The notes below the pieces were generated by a model. That model saw only the letters and a list, made by a program, of their open reading frames with translations, did no database searches and had not been told where the DNA came from. From Candidatus Buchananbacteria bacterium (lineage in GTDB: Bacteria; Patescibacteriota; Patescibacteriia; 2-01-FULL-39-33), in contig JBAYFY010000002.1 in the NCBI GenBank assembly GCA_041666945.1, positions 64,701 through 128,700 of the forward strand: 64,000 nt of DNA, in the 5' to 3' direction. This document shows positions 46,082-55,749 of the stretch, piece after piece. The position numbers and the translations under genes are program-made. The number at the start of each line of letters is the position of its first letter. Positions within the stretch are counted from its first letter, which is position 1.

Positions 46082-48505
46082 ATGAATCTAAATATCTCTT
46101 ACAACTGGCTAAAGTCGTATGTCAAAACCAGTTTGACGCCGCAGGAATTTGCCAAACGGATTTCGCTTTCCGGACCATCAGTGGATAGAGTTCAGGAAAA
46201 AAGCACTGATTTTGGTAATGTCGTGGTCGGAAAAATGTTGGAAATCAGTAAACACCCCAATGCCGACAAATTGAATGTCGCCAAAGTTGATGTGGGCAAA
46301 AAAGAGCCGATCCAAGTGATTTTTGGACAGATGGCGGTGCTTAAAGTCGGTGACCAATTGCCGGTGGCCATTGCGCCAACAACCCTACCGAGCGGAGTAG
46401 AAATACTGGAGAGAGAGATGCGCGGAGTTAAATCGCAAGGCATGTGCTGTTTGGATAGTGAAATCGGATTATCCGACCAGGATAGAGTGACTTTTTTTCC
46501 GCCAGAAGTAAAGCCGGGAACCCCGATCGCTAAGGCGTTAAAATTAGAGGAAGACGCGATTTTGGATATTGAAATCACTTCCAATCGCCCGGACGCCATG
46601 AGCGTTATCGGTATCGCCCGAGAGGCGGCCGCGATTTTGGACGCTAAGTTTTTATATAAACAACCAAACCCCTCCCTCGCTATCCGCAAATCCGTCATTC
46701 CCGCGCACCCAGAGGCGGGAATCCATAATGCTGGATCCCCAACTAAATTGGGGATGACGAAAAAGGGATTGCCGTTATCAATAAAAATAACCGAGCCCAG
46801 GGTCTGCCCCCGCTATTCCGCGATTGTAATGACTGATGTCAAAGTCGGCGCGTCGCCTCTGTGGATGCAACAGCGTTTGCTCGCTTCGGGTTTGCGGCCG
46901 ATTAATAATTTAGTAGACATCACTAACTATATTCTACTTGAATACGGCCAGCCCATGCACGTATTTGATTACGATAAACTGCTGGGCGGGGAAATCAATG
47001 TCCGCAAAGCCAAGAAGAGTGAAAAGATTTTGGCGTTAGACGGCAAAGAATACGAATTGTCCGTCGATCAACTGGTAATCGCTGACAAGCAAAATCCGGT
47101 CGCCGTGGCCGGCGTGATGGGCGGAGAATTGTCAGCCGCTACCGCCGAGACCAAAACCATCGTGTTTGAATGCGCCAACTTCAATCCCGTTTCCGTCCGC
47201 AAGACCTCGCGCGTTTTGAATTTGCGTTCGGAGAGCTCGGCGCTCTACGAAAAGGGGATTAGTCCGGAAAATGTTACGGCCGCCATGTTGCGCGCCATTG
47301 AATTGGCCCAGCAGTTGTGCGACGCCAAGGTTGCCGGCAAATTGATTGACGAAAAATCATACAAATACAAAGATCGGGAAATAATTTTGGACTTGGAGCG
47401 GGTTGATTCTGCTTTGGGCGTCAAAATCAAACCGGCAGAAATAAAAAATAATCTGGAAGCGTTGGGCTTTAAAGTGATCGCCAAACGCGACAAGTTTAAA
47501 GTAACAATCCCTTGGTGGCGAGAGAACGACATGGAAGGCCAGCATGATTTAATTGAAGAAATCGCTCGGATGCACGGCTATCAGAATCTGCCGACGGAAT
47601 TAATGTCCGGCGCTTTGCCTCAAACCATAGCCACGGTTAATTTCGCGCTGGAGGACAAGATTAAGGACGCTCTGGTCGGTTTCGGTTTGACCGAGGTTTA
47701 CACTTATTCTTTTATTTCCGAAAAGCAAATCCTGGGCGCGGGTTTAAAATCCGCGGATCATATCAAGATCGCCAACCCTTTAAGCGCTGATTTTGAGTAC
47801 ATGCGCACCTCGCTTTTGCCCGGCGTTCTGCAGATTATCGCCGAGAATCAGGGATTTTTCCCGGCCGGCAGATTGTTTGATTTGAGCCAGGTATATTTGC
47901 CTTTGGGCGCGAATGATTTGGCTGATGAGAAATTCAAATTGCTCGCGGTTTGCTATGGCGCTGATGCTGAAGGCATGGCCGCCGATGCCAGAGGCGTTTT
48001 GGATGGCTTAATGCAGCGACTCAATATTGACAATTTGACTTTTAAAAAGAAACCGGCCGGCTCGGAAATATATGTTAATGATGTGAAGCTGGGTGAAATC
48101 AAAGTTATTGATAACAAAATTTTGTCCGCTTTCGGCATCAAGAAAGCCGTAGCCGCGGTGGAGTTGGATTTCGCCGCTGTGGCCGCGCTGGCCAAATCCG
48201 CGCCGACTTATCGGCCGATTCCCAAATTTCCGGCGATTGAGCTGGATTTGTCCATGGAGGTTGATAATGTGATTACTTTTGCCGAAGTGGCCAATGTCGC
48301 CAGCGATGCGGGAGCGCCGTTAGTGGATAAGGTTGATTTCTTGTCTGTCTATCAAGGTGAGAAATTACCGGAAGGCAAGAAAGCATTGGCCATTAGAATG
48401 GTTTATCGCGATTTGAATAAGACCCTGGAACTCGCCGAAGCGCAAATCGCGCATGATAAAGTTGTAGCGGAATTAAAAAAGAGTTATAATATAGTTGTAA
48501 GATAA
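46082..48505 (+). CDS. pheT: Phenylalanyl-tRNA synthetase beta subunit with in-frame repeat insertion
   Basis: ISYNWL, HPNADKL, ITSNRPD, NNLVDITNY, GQPMH.FD, DLIEEIAR, NPLS and MRTSL; FDX-ACB tail. Confidence 0.96.
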   Translation: MNLNISYNWLKSYVKTSLTPQEFAKRISLSGPSVDRVQEKSTDFGNVVVGKMLEISKHPNADKLNVAKVDVGKKEPIQVIFGQMAVLKVGDQLPVAIAPTTLPSGVEILEREMRGVKSQGMCCLDSEIGLSDQDRVTFFPPEVKPGTPIAKALKLEEDAILDIEITSNRPDAMSVIGIAREAAAILDAKFLYKQPNPSLAIRKSVIPAHPEAGIHNAGSPTKLGMTKKGLPLSIKITEPRVCPRYSAIVMTDVKVGASPLWMQQRLLASGLRPINNLVDITNYILLEYGQPMHVFDYDKLLGGEINVRKAKKSEKILALDGKEYELSVDQLVIADKQNPVAVAGVMGGELSAATAETKTIVFECANFNPVSVRKTSRVLNLRSESSALYEKGISPENVTAAMLRAIELAQQLCDAKVAGKLIDEKSYKYKDREIILDLERVDSALGVKIKPAEIKNNLEALGFKVIAKRDKFKVTIPWWRENDMEGQHDLIEEIARMHGYQNLPTELMSGALPQTIATVNFALEDKIKDALVGFGLTEVYTYSFISEKQILGAGLKSADHIKIANPLSADFEYMRTSLLPGVLQIIAENQGFFPAGRLFDLSQVYLPLGANDLADEKFKLLAVCYGADAEGMAADARGVLDGLMQRLNIDNLTFKKKPAGSEIYVNDVKLGEIKVIDNKILSAFGIKKAVAAVELDFAAVAALAKSAPTYRPIPKFPAIELDLSMEVDNVITFAEVANVASDAGAPLVDKVDFLSVYQGEKLPEGKKALAIRMVYRDLNKTLELAEAQIAHDKVVAELKKSYNIVVR
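46694..46758 (+). repeat. Complete palindromic element inside pheT
   Basis: GTCATTCCCGCGCACCCAGAGGCGGGAATCCA-TAATGC-TGGATCCCCAACTAAATTGGGGATGAC. Confidence 0.9.
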
Positions 48506-48520
48506 AATAATTACACTCCC

Positions 48521-48829
48521 ATGCTTGTCACATCAAAAGACCTATTTTGGGTCGTGTTATCGTTTGTCATTCTTTTTGGCGGCGTCTGTACCGGCTTTGC
48601 TATTTTTTACTTTGCCATGATCATGCGCGACGGCTGGTACATCACCAAGGCCGTCAGGCGCAAAGTGGAAGCGGTGGAAAAAGTCATGACCGCTTTCAAA
48701 TCCAAAGTGGAAAACACCGCCAGCTTCGTGCCGCCGCTGATTGACGGCGTGTCCAAGCTGATTGAAGCGGTAGCGGAAAAGAAAAAGGCCTCGGCCGCCA
48801 AAGCCGGCAAGAAATCAAGAAGAAAATAA
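48521..48829 (+). CDS. Membrane-anchored hypothetical protein
   Basis: One TM plus a basic coiled tail. Confidence 0.7.
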   Translation: MLVTSKDLFWVVLSFVILFGGVCTGFAIFYFAMIMRDGWYITKAVRRKVEAVEKVMTAFKSKVENTASFVPPLIDGVSKLIEAVAEKKKASAAKAGKKSRRK

Positions 48830-48838
48830 CATTACAAT

Positions 48839-49069
48839 ATGCTGTCAGCGATCGCTTTAATGCCGATTTTCGGCTATCCGGCCGTTATGTATGGCGGGAT
48901 TATTACTCTCATCTTATTTTTATTTGTCGCCATTATCGGTTATCGGATTTCTAAGGGTAAATGCAAATTGCCCAATCCGATTAAATGGCATCAGACCTTG
49001 GCGTTTCTGGCGCTTGTCTTGGCTGTAATTCACGGCATCTTAGGATTATCAATCTTGTTGGGATTCTAA
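48839..49069 (+). CDS. Small membrane protein
   Basis: Two TMs with WH...H pattern; terminator at about 49075-49102. Confidence 0.65.
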   Translation: MLSAIALMPIFGYPAVMYGGIITLILFLFVAIIGYRISKGKCKLPNPIKWHQTLAFLALVLAVIHGILGLSILLGF

Positions 49070-49194
49070 GGATAAAAATAACCGGGTAAAACCGGTTTTT
49101 TTGTCTTGACTTTTTATTAATTTTTTGATATCATGATTAGTCGCACTTTAAAAATCAACCTCATTCTCAAATAGCTCGGGAAGGAGAGTCAACA

Positions 49195-49734
49195 ATGAAT
49201 ATTGTCAGATGTTATTCCGGCAGCACCAGATTTGTCGTAGTTGTTGGTTTCTTGGCCTTTAAGTTTGCCAAGATTAATCCGTTTATGGCTTTAAAATGCG
49301 AGTTTAAACAATTTGGCAACAGCCCTCAAGCAAGGCAGATAATTAAAAAATACGGCTATACTTGCTCCCTTTCGCCGCTTTATTGGTTATTCCGCGGCAT
49401 CATGGCTAACTGGTTGGAGCGGAAGTATTATCGACGCTCTCGTCTGTTAATTCTCGCCCCGACTTATTTATCTTTTGGTTTAGTGAATATTCAGCTGGCC
49501 GGCGATTGTCTTAAGATGCCTGAAAGATATTTTTTAAACCAAATTAGCGCCATTATCGGCCATGACGAGAATAACGACGAAGATATTCACGCCGACCCGC
49601 ACACTCTCCGCCAGCTGGAGAACTACATTGCTTCCAGCGGCAAGTTGAAAATCATTGACTATGGCTCGCCGAAATCCTGGACGTTTCTGGAGAAATGGGG
49701 AAGAAAAATATTTGACGAGTTTGTTGTTTTATAA
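49195..49734 (+). CDS. Hypothetical protein (possible kinase-like remnant, IIDYG)
   Basis: Promoter TTGACT-17-TATCAT (49106-49134), boxA-like motif at 49143 and AAGGAG SD. Confidence 0.65.
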   Translation: MNIVRCYSGSTRFVVVVGFLAFKFAKINPFMALKCEFKQFGNSPQARQIIKKYGYTCSLSPLYWLFRGIMANWLERKYYRRSRLLILAPTYLSFGLVNIQLAGDCLKMPERYFLNQISAIIGHDENNDEDIHADPHTLRQLENYIASSGKLKIIDYGSPKSWTFLEKWGRKIFDEFVVL

Positions 49735-49826
49735 ACCAATCACTCAAGCCACGTTTAGCCGTGGCTTTTATATTTGCTATTTTTTGCTGATTTTCGTATA
49801 ATATAAGCATTCTATAGCTTATTTAT

Positions 49827-51320
49827 ATGCCACAAAAACCATCAGAAATCAATCCGTTGGATGAGAAATTAATGCGTCTCAAGCGTTTGGAGGAAATTAG
49901 AAATTCCGGCGTGGATCCTTATCCGGAAAAATTTGACAAGCGGCAGAGTTTGGCCGAAGCCAAAGCCGGCAAGGAGGGGACGAAGGTTCAAACCGCCGGC
50001 CGGATTCTGACCATCAGAAGCATGGGCAAGATCGCTTTCTGCCACTTGACTGATTGGAGCGGCAAATGCCAAGCGGTGTTGAATGTTACGGAAATCGGCG
50101 AAGAAAAATTCAAGTGGTTCAAGGATCACGCGGATATGGGCGACTTTATCGGCGTCTCTGGCGAGATATTCACCACCAAAGCCGGCGAGATCTCCATCCT
50201 TGCCAAAGAATATAAATTTTTGGGCAAGGCCTTGCTGCCTTTGCCGGAAAAGTTCCACGGCCTCAAGGATACGGACACGATTTACCGCCAGAGATATTTG
50301 GATTTGATCGTTAACGACGAAGCCAAGAAGCGCTTCCAATTCCGCAGCGATTTTATCCGCGTCATCCGCGAGTTTTACTGGCAGGAAAAATTTATTGAAG
50401 TGGAAACGCCGACTTTCATGCATCAGGCGACCGGCGCGACGGCTACGCCGTACAAGACGCGCAACAATGCTTTGGATGTGGATTTGTTTTTGCGCATCTC
50501 CCATGAGTTGCCGCTGAAGGAATTGATCGTGGGCGGGATGGAAAAGATTTTTGAGCTGGGCAAGGCCTTTCGTAACGAGGGCGTTGACCCGTCGCATCTG
50601 CCCGAGCACACCCATTTGGAGCATTATTGCGCTTATTGGAATTTTGAAGATAACATCAAATTCACCGAACGGATGTTTGATTATATTTTTGACCAGCTGA
50701 AACTGGACAAAAAAATTGAGATTGAAAACAGGGAAGGGGAGAAGCAGTCGGTTGATTTTTCTACGCCCTGGCCCCGAGTTAATTTTATTGACTTGATCAA
50801 GAAAGACACGGGTTTGGATATTATGGATTATAACGATGCCAAAGAACTGCTGAAAGACATTAAGAAAAAGAAAATTGAATTTGAAGACATGGAGGAGATG
50901 AGCTTAGCCGGATTAGTGGATAACCTCTACAAGAAAGTCAGCCGGCCCAAGATCGTCGGGCCAGTAATTCTTTTCCATTATCCCAAATATTTGCAGCCGC
51001 TGGCGCGTCTTAACGACGATGACAAGAATATCGTGGATCAATTCCAATTGATAGTTAATGGCTGGGAGATTGTCAAGGCCTATTCCGAGTTGGTTGACCC
51101 GGTTGACCAAAAGGAGCGTTTTGAAAGCCAGAAATCCGCCAAAACCAAGGGCGAAGGCGAAGTGATGGAAGGCGATGATGAATTTATCACCGCCCTGGAG
51201 CACGGCGCGCCGCCGATTTCCGGCTGGGGCATGGGTATTGACCGCACCGTGGCCGTTTTAACCGGCCAGAACAATTTGCGCGACGTGGTGCTGTTTCCCT
51301 TATTAAGACCGAAAGAATAA
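49827..51320 (+). CDS. lysS: Lysyl-tRNA synthetase (class II)
   Basis: RQRYLDL, EVETP, FRNEG..SH.PE, AYSEL.DP and GWGMGIDR. Confidence 0.96.
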   Translation: MPQKPSEINPLDEKLMRLKRLEEIRNSGVDPYPEKFDKRQSLAEAKAGKEGTKVQTAGRILTIRSMGKIAFCHLTDWSGKCQAVLNVTEIGEEKFKWFKDHADMGDFIGVSGEIFTTKAGEISILAKEYKFLGKALLPLPEKFHGLKDTDTIYRQRYLDLIVNDEAKKRFQFRSDFIRVIREFYWQEKFIEVETPTFMHQATGATATPYKTRNNALDVDLFLRISHELPLKELIVGGMEKIFELGKAFRNEGVDPSHLPEHTHLEHYCAYWNFEDNIKFTERMFDYIFDQLKLDKKIEIENREGEKQSVDFSTPWPRVNFIDLIKKDTGLDIMDYNDAKELLKDIKKKKIEFEDMEEMSLAGLVDNLYKKVSRPKIVGPVILFHYPKYLQPLARLNDDDKNIVDQFQLIVNGWEIVKAYSELVDPVDQKERFESQKSAKTKGEGEVMEGDDEFITALEHGAPPISGWGMGIDRTVAVLTGQNNLRDVVLFPLLRPKE

Positions 51321-51323
51321 AAT

Positions 51324-51800
51324 ATGAAAAAAACATTGTTAATTTTACCGGCTTTCGCTTTAATTTTAATTTTATCCGGTTGCGGCCAGGCCAACCAAGG
51401 CAAGGTTACCGCTATTAATGTGGCTAATAATTATAATGCCGCCCAAGAGCTTAACCGGGATATGAATGACCCTAATAAAATATCTTCCGAAGATAACGTG
51501 GAAAACATTTATACGATTATGAATTATCAAGGCGATGAATCCAAGGAAACGGTAAAAGCGGCGATCAGAAAGGGGATAGAAGACGGCAAGGATCAAAGCG
51601 GGTTGGACAAGGAATTAATAAAGGCCTCGGCCGCCAATAATAACGGCTTAGGCACCGGTTACATGTTAGGTTATGTCTTCGGTTGCAAAGCCGTTACCGG
51701 CGATGAAGACAAGTGCAATGACGATATGAGTAAAAAATACCAAGAGATTATGATGGAAGAGATGCAAAAAGAATTCCAGGGCATGACGGCGACCCAATAA
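51324..51800 (+). CDS. Lipoprotein
   Basis: Signal peptide with LSGC lipobox. Confidence 0.75.
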   Translation: MKKTLLILPAFALILILSGCGQANQGKVTAINVANNYNAAQELNRDMNDPNKISSEDNVENIYTIMNYQGDESKETVKAAIRKGIEDGKDQSGLDKELIKASAANNNGLGTGYMLGYVFGCKAVTGDEDKCNDDMSKKYQEIMMEEMQKEFQGMTATQ

Positions 51801-51825
51801 ACATTTAGATTCTTATATTAATTTT

Positions 51826-53076
51826 ATGTTAGACATCAAACAGCTCCGCGAGAATACGGAGAAAATCAAGGAGGGATTATTAAAGAGAATGGATAAAAAG
51901 ATTTTGGATTCGGCTTTGGACAAAATTTTGAAGCTGGATAACGAACGCCGCGAGGTTTTGCAGCAAACCGAGGACTTGAAATCCGAACGCAATAAAGCGT
52001 CCAAAACCAAACCCACGCCGGAAATTATTGAAAAGATGAAGTCGGTGGGGGAGGAGATTAAGGCCCTGGACACTAAGCTGGCGGGAATAGAAGCTGACTT
52101 TCTTGAGGCCATGGCCGAACTGCCCAATGTGCCGGCCGATGATGTCTTGCCCGGCGATAAGGAAAACAACAAGGTCATCAGAACATCCGGCGATAAACCG
52201 AAATTCAAATTTGAACCCAAAGACCATGTGGAATTGGCCACGGAACTGGGATTGATTGATTATGAAAGGGGAGTGAAGATGTCCGGTTCCGGTTTTTGGA
52301 TTTATAAGGGCCAGGGCGCGCTTTTGGAATGGGCGCTGTTGAATTATTTTTTGGATTTTCACACCAAAAACGGCTACACTTTTATTATGCCGCCGTATTT
52401 GCTGACCGAAAAGTCCGCTTACACTTCCGGCCATCTGCCCAAATTCCGCGACGACCTGTTCTGGACACAAGACCAGCTTTGCCTTAACGCCACCTCGGAA
52501 ATGATGTTGGGCAATTATCATCGCGATGAAATTCTGGATGAAAAGGATTTGCCGCTCAAATATTGCGCTTACTCCGCCTGTTTTCGTCGTGAAGCCGGTT
52601 CCTACCGCAAAGAGGAGAGGGGAATGATCCGCGGGCATCAGTTCAATAAGATTGAAATGTTCCAATTCACCAAGCCGGGTGAATCCTGGACGGCTTTTGA
52701 CGAGCTGACCAAAAATGCCGAGGCCCTGGTGCAGGGGTTGGGTTTGCACTTCCAGACCGTTCAATTGTCAGCCGGCGACGCTTCCGCCGCCATGGCCAAG
52801 ACCGTTGATATTGAAGTGTGGATTCCGTCCATGGGCATTTATAAGGAAGTGTCTTCGGCTTCTAACGCGTTGGATTATCAGGCGCGCCGCGGCAATGTGC
52901 GTTACAAAGACGCCGCGGCTGGAAAAAACGAGTATGTCCATACCTTAAACGCCTCCGGATTGGCCACCAGCCGCCTGTTTCCGGCTATTTTGGAGCAGTT
53001 TCAGCAAGCTGACGGCTCGGTTATTATTCCGGAAGCCCTGCGCAAATGGACAGGGTTTGATAAAATTACCAAATAG
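51826..53076 (+). CDS. serS: Seryl-tRNA synthetase
   Basis: MLDIK, PN, TSE, FRREAG, GMIRGHQF.K.E, EVSSAS and HTLNASGLA. Confidence 0.97.
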   Translation: MLDIKQLRENTEKIKEGLLKRMDKKILDSALDKILKLDNERREVLQQTEDLKSERNKASKTKPTPEIIEKMKSVGEEIKALDTKLAGIEADFLEAMAELPNVPADDVLPGDKENNKVIRTSGDKPKFKFEPKDHVELATELGLIDYERGVKMSGSGFWIYKGQGALLEWALLNYFLDFHTKNGYTFIMPPYLLTEKSAYTSGHLPKFRDDLFWTQDQLCLNATSEMMLGNYHRDEILDEKDLPLKYCAYSACFRREAGSYRKEERGMIRGHQFNKIEMFQFTKPGESWTAFDELTKNAEALVQGLGLHFQTVQLSAGDASAAMAKTVDIEVWIPSMGIYKEVSSASNALDYQARRGNVRYKDAAAGKNEYVHTLNASGLATSRLFPAILEQFQQADGSVIIPEALRKWTGFDKITK

Positions 53077-53077
53077 T

Positions 53078-53443
53078 ATGTCTTTAAATATTTATTCTTT
53101 ATTACTTTTTTGTAAAAATCTTGATTTGACAGAAAAATTCTATAAAAATTTGGGGTTTAATACTGAAAGATCTGATGATGCATTAAGAATTAAATTTGGA
53201 GACATACGCCTGGCTTTTATGGATGAAAAAGACGCAACAATAAAAGACGATCAAGAATCAAAGAAGGGTGTGGGGATGTATATTTATTTTAAAGTTGATA
53301 ATGTAGATTTATTTTTTCGATCTGTAAAGGAAAAGAATATTATTACATCAAGTGAACCAAGGGATTGGCCGTGGGGTAAAAGAGAGTTCGTTATTAGAGA
53401 TCCAGATGGCTACAAATTAGTCTTCTTTTCAAATATAAACTAA
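53078..53443 (+). CDS. VOC/glyoxalase family protein
   Basis: FY..LGF, F.VDNVD and PWGKREFVIRDPDG; AT-rich. Confidence 0.88.
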   Translation: MSLNIYSLLLFCKNLDLTEKFYKNLGFNTERSDDALRIKFGDIRLAFMDEKDATIKDDQESKKGVGMYIYFKVDNVDLFFRSVKEKNIITSSEPRDWPWGKREFVIRDPDGYKLVFFSNIN

Positions 53444-54291
53444 TGATCCGCGATTATTCCTATACCGGCGGGAAATCAGGAGTCAAGAAGGATTATCAGG
53501 TCAAGAACTTCAACAATCCTTATTTTCATCCGGAAAAAAAGAGTTTGACCAAGCACTTCAACACCAAGCTGTATCTGCAGATCCTCTTGGCTCTTTTTTT
53601 ATTGTACGTGATCATTTATAGCGACTTATTCAAGATTACCGCCGTCGGCGTCACCGGCACGGATTTGATTGATCAAAATGAAATCAGAGCCATGACGGAA
53701 AAAGAATTAAGCGGTTGCAAGCTTTTCTTGTTTCCCAAGCGCAACATGATTTTCTTCAATAAAAATAAGCTGGAGCAGGAGATTGGCGGCCGTTATGCTT
53801 TAAATAAATTGGAAATCAAAAAGAGCTGGCATCGTTTGGATATCAACTTAGAAGAAAAAGTGGCTTATCTTATCGCCACCAATAATCAGACGTCGTATTT
53901 TGTGGATATGACCGGCACCATCATCAAGGAGCTGTCGCCGCAAGAGATGATTGATTATTCGCCCCGTTTTCCCAAATTGGTTTTGACCCAAGAAATAAAA
54001 ATCGGCGACCAACCAATCTCAGGAAGATTTGTAAATTATGTTTTGGAATTGGATAAGGATTTGAAAATTCATAATATCAAAGTCAAGGATTATCAGAGCG
54101 GGGGAGTGGACCAGGTGTTTATGAACACCGAGGCGGGCTGGCAGGCCAAATTTTCCATTAACACCAACATCAAGTTCTCTCTCGAGAACCTCTACTTCTT
54201 CTTGGATAAAAAACTCAAAGGCAAGACGTTCCAATACATTGATTTGCGCATCGGGGATCATGTTTACGTTTTTCCGGAGCAGGGAATATGA
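53443..54291 (+). CDS. FtsQ/DivIB-like POTRA membrane protein
   Basis: Single TM, F.I..V.V.G POTRA start and C-terminal YIDLR. Confidence 0.75.
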   Translation: MIRDYSYTGGKSGVKKDYQVKNFNNPYFHPEKKSLTKHFNTKLYLQILLALFLLYVIIYSDLFKITAVGVTGTDLIDQNEIRAMTEKELSGCKLFLFPKRNMIFFNKNKLEQEIGGRYALNKLEIKKSWHRLDINLEEKVAYLIATNNQTSYFVDMTGTIIKELSPQEMIDYSPRFPKLVLTQEIKIGDQPISGRFVNYVLELDKDLKIHNIKVKDYQSGGVDQVFMNTEAGWQAKFSINTNIKFSLENLYFFLDKKLKGKTFQYIDLRIGDHVYVFPEQGI

Positions 54292-54340
54292 TTTTTGTCG
54301 CGTTTGCCAGGTTTTACGTCTTTATTATATAATATAATTA

Positions 54341-54368
54341 ACTTCGTATAACGCAGGATAACCGATGT
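54341..54368. promoter_or_regulatory. dif-like 11-6-11 recombinase site
   Basis: ACTTCGTATAA-CGCAGG-ATAACCGATGT, an imperfect inverted repeat 29 nt upstream of the Xer gene. Confidence 0.45.
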
Positions 54369-54397
54369 AGTATTATAAATAAAGCTGAATAATAATT

Positions 54398-55366
54398 ATG
54401 AAAAAATCCGCAGAACCATTAATCAGGCACATCAATGACTTTTTGGATTATATTGAGGTGGAAAAGGGCCTTTCCCCCGTTTCCGCCAAGAATTACCACA
54501 ATTTCCTTAAAGTGTTTGTCATTTGGCTTAAGGACAATAATCTATCCGGGATTAAGCCCCATGAGCTGGATAGCAAGCATATTTGGGATTTTCGGCTGTA
54601 TTTGTCTCATAAAAAGGACTCCCGGGGGCAATACTTGAAAAAGACCACCCAGAGTTATTATTTGAGGGCGCTTAGGCAACTTTTGAATTATTTCGCCGAA
54701 AAAGACATCAGTTCCCTGCCGGCGGAAAAAATTAAACTGCCGAAACTTACTGATAAGGATCGACAAATAAAATTCTTATCTTACAGCCAGGTAGAACATT
54801 TGCTGTCCATGCCGGATTTAAGCGATATTTCCGGACTGCGCGATCGGGTGATTTTGGAGGTTCTTTTTTCAACCGGCATGCGCGTTTCCGAGTTAACTTC
54901 GCTTAACTTGAAACAATTTGACGCCGCGGGAATTCTTAGCAACAAGATTAAAGATCTGGAATTATCAATCGCCGGCAAGGGCGGCAAGGTTAGGACTATT
55001 TATTTTTCACCGCGCGCCGTTAAGTATTTGGCTTTATATTTGAAAGCGCGGCAAGAAGATATGCTTACTCCCCTTTTTATCAACTATAGCCGTAACACCG
55101 GCGATAAAGGCGAACGGCGTTTAACCAGCAGAGCGATTGAAAATCTGGTAAAAAAATATACGGTTATGGCCGGCTTGCCGGTTGACGCTACGCCGCATAC
55201 CCTAAGGCATAGTTATGCCACTGATTTGTTGGAACAAGGAGCTGATTTGAGGTCGGTTCAGGAATTATTGGGTCATAGCAATGTGGCTACTACGCAAATT
55301 TACACCCATGTTACTAATCCCCGTTTAAGGGATGTGTATAAAAAATTCCACAGTGGCAGTAAATAA
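54398..55366 (+). CDS. XerC/XerD-family tyrosine recombinase
   Basis: RDR.ILE.LFSTGMRVSEL, GKG.K.R, PHTLRHSYAT and LLGH....TTQIYTH. Confidence 0.93.
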   Translation: MKKSAEPLIRHINDFLDYIEVEKGLSPVSAKNYHNFLKVFVIWLKDNNLSGIKPHELDSKHIWDFRLYLSHKKDSRGQYLKKTTQSYYLRALRQLLNYFAEKDISSLPAEKIKLPKLTDKDRQIKFLSYSQVEHLLSMPDLSDISGLRDRVILEVLFSTGMRVSELTSLNLKQFDAAGILSNKIKDLELSIAGKGGKVRTIYFSPRAVKYLALYLKARQEDMLTPLFINYSRNTGDKGERRLTSRAIENLVKKYTVMAGLPVDATPHTLRHSYATDLLEQGADLRSVQELLGHSNVATTQIYTHVTNPRLRDVYKKFHSGSK

Positions 55367-55419
55367 AAAAAACAACCGGCAGGGCCGGTTGTTTTGCTAA
55401 AATTCAGTTCTTATTTCTC

Positions 55420-55638
55420 TTATACTATGTCTTCATCATCATCTGTGTCTTCATCTTCCTCCTCCTCCGTCTCCTCAACGTCTTCTTCTTCATCATCGGA
55501 ATTGGAATCGTCGATCATATTGCTGCAGCCGCAAGCGCAATCAGGGCCGCAAGCGCAGCAATGGAAGCAGAGCGAAGTATCGCAGCTGCATTTACTGTCG
55601 TCACTAATGGGCATACCGCATTTGACGCATGTGTCCAT
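55420..55638 (-). CDS. Metallothionein-like Cys-rich protein with acidic tail
   Basis: 11 Cys in the first 38 residues, then an Asp/Glu tract; shares a bidirectional terminator at about 55366-55395. Confidence 0.65.
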   Translation of the reverse strand: MDTCVKCGMPISDDSKCSCDTSLCFHCCACGPDCACGCSNMIDDSNSDDEEEDVEETEEEEDEDTDDDEDIV

Positions 55639-55749
55639 ACATTTAAATAGTTATTTTTATTAGGGTTTTTACCCCATTTTCATTATAGCAAAGATAATAA
55701 TGGAAATAAATATGGCTGTCAACCCCAGAATTGTGAAATTAAGATAATC

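Noticed and set aside
51880-52764. Long antisense ORFs (also 49869-50624, 37645-38430, 35507-36250, 26222-26866 and others)
   Set aside because: They lie opposite well-supported genes and have no motifs; codon-bias shadows.
54339-54372. loxP vector contamination
   Set aside because: Only one arm matches, the spacer differs, and the context is native (upstream of xer).
54398-55366. Prophage or island integrase
   Set aside because: XerC/D-like length and motifs, housekeeping neighbours, and no phage genes or tRNA att site.
55394-55663. Ser-rich + strand ORF
   Set aside because: Antisense shadow of the Cys/acidic ORF; it starts inside a terminator.
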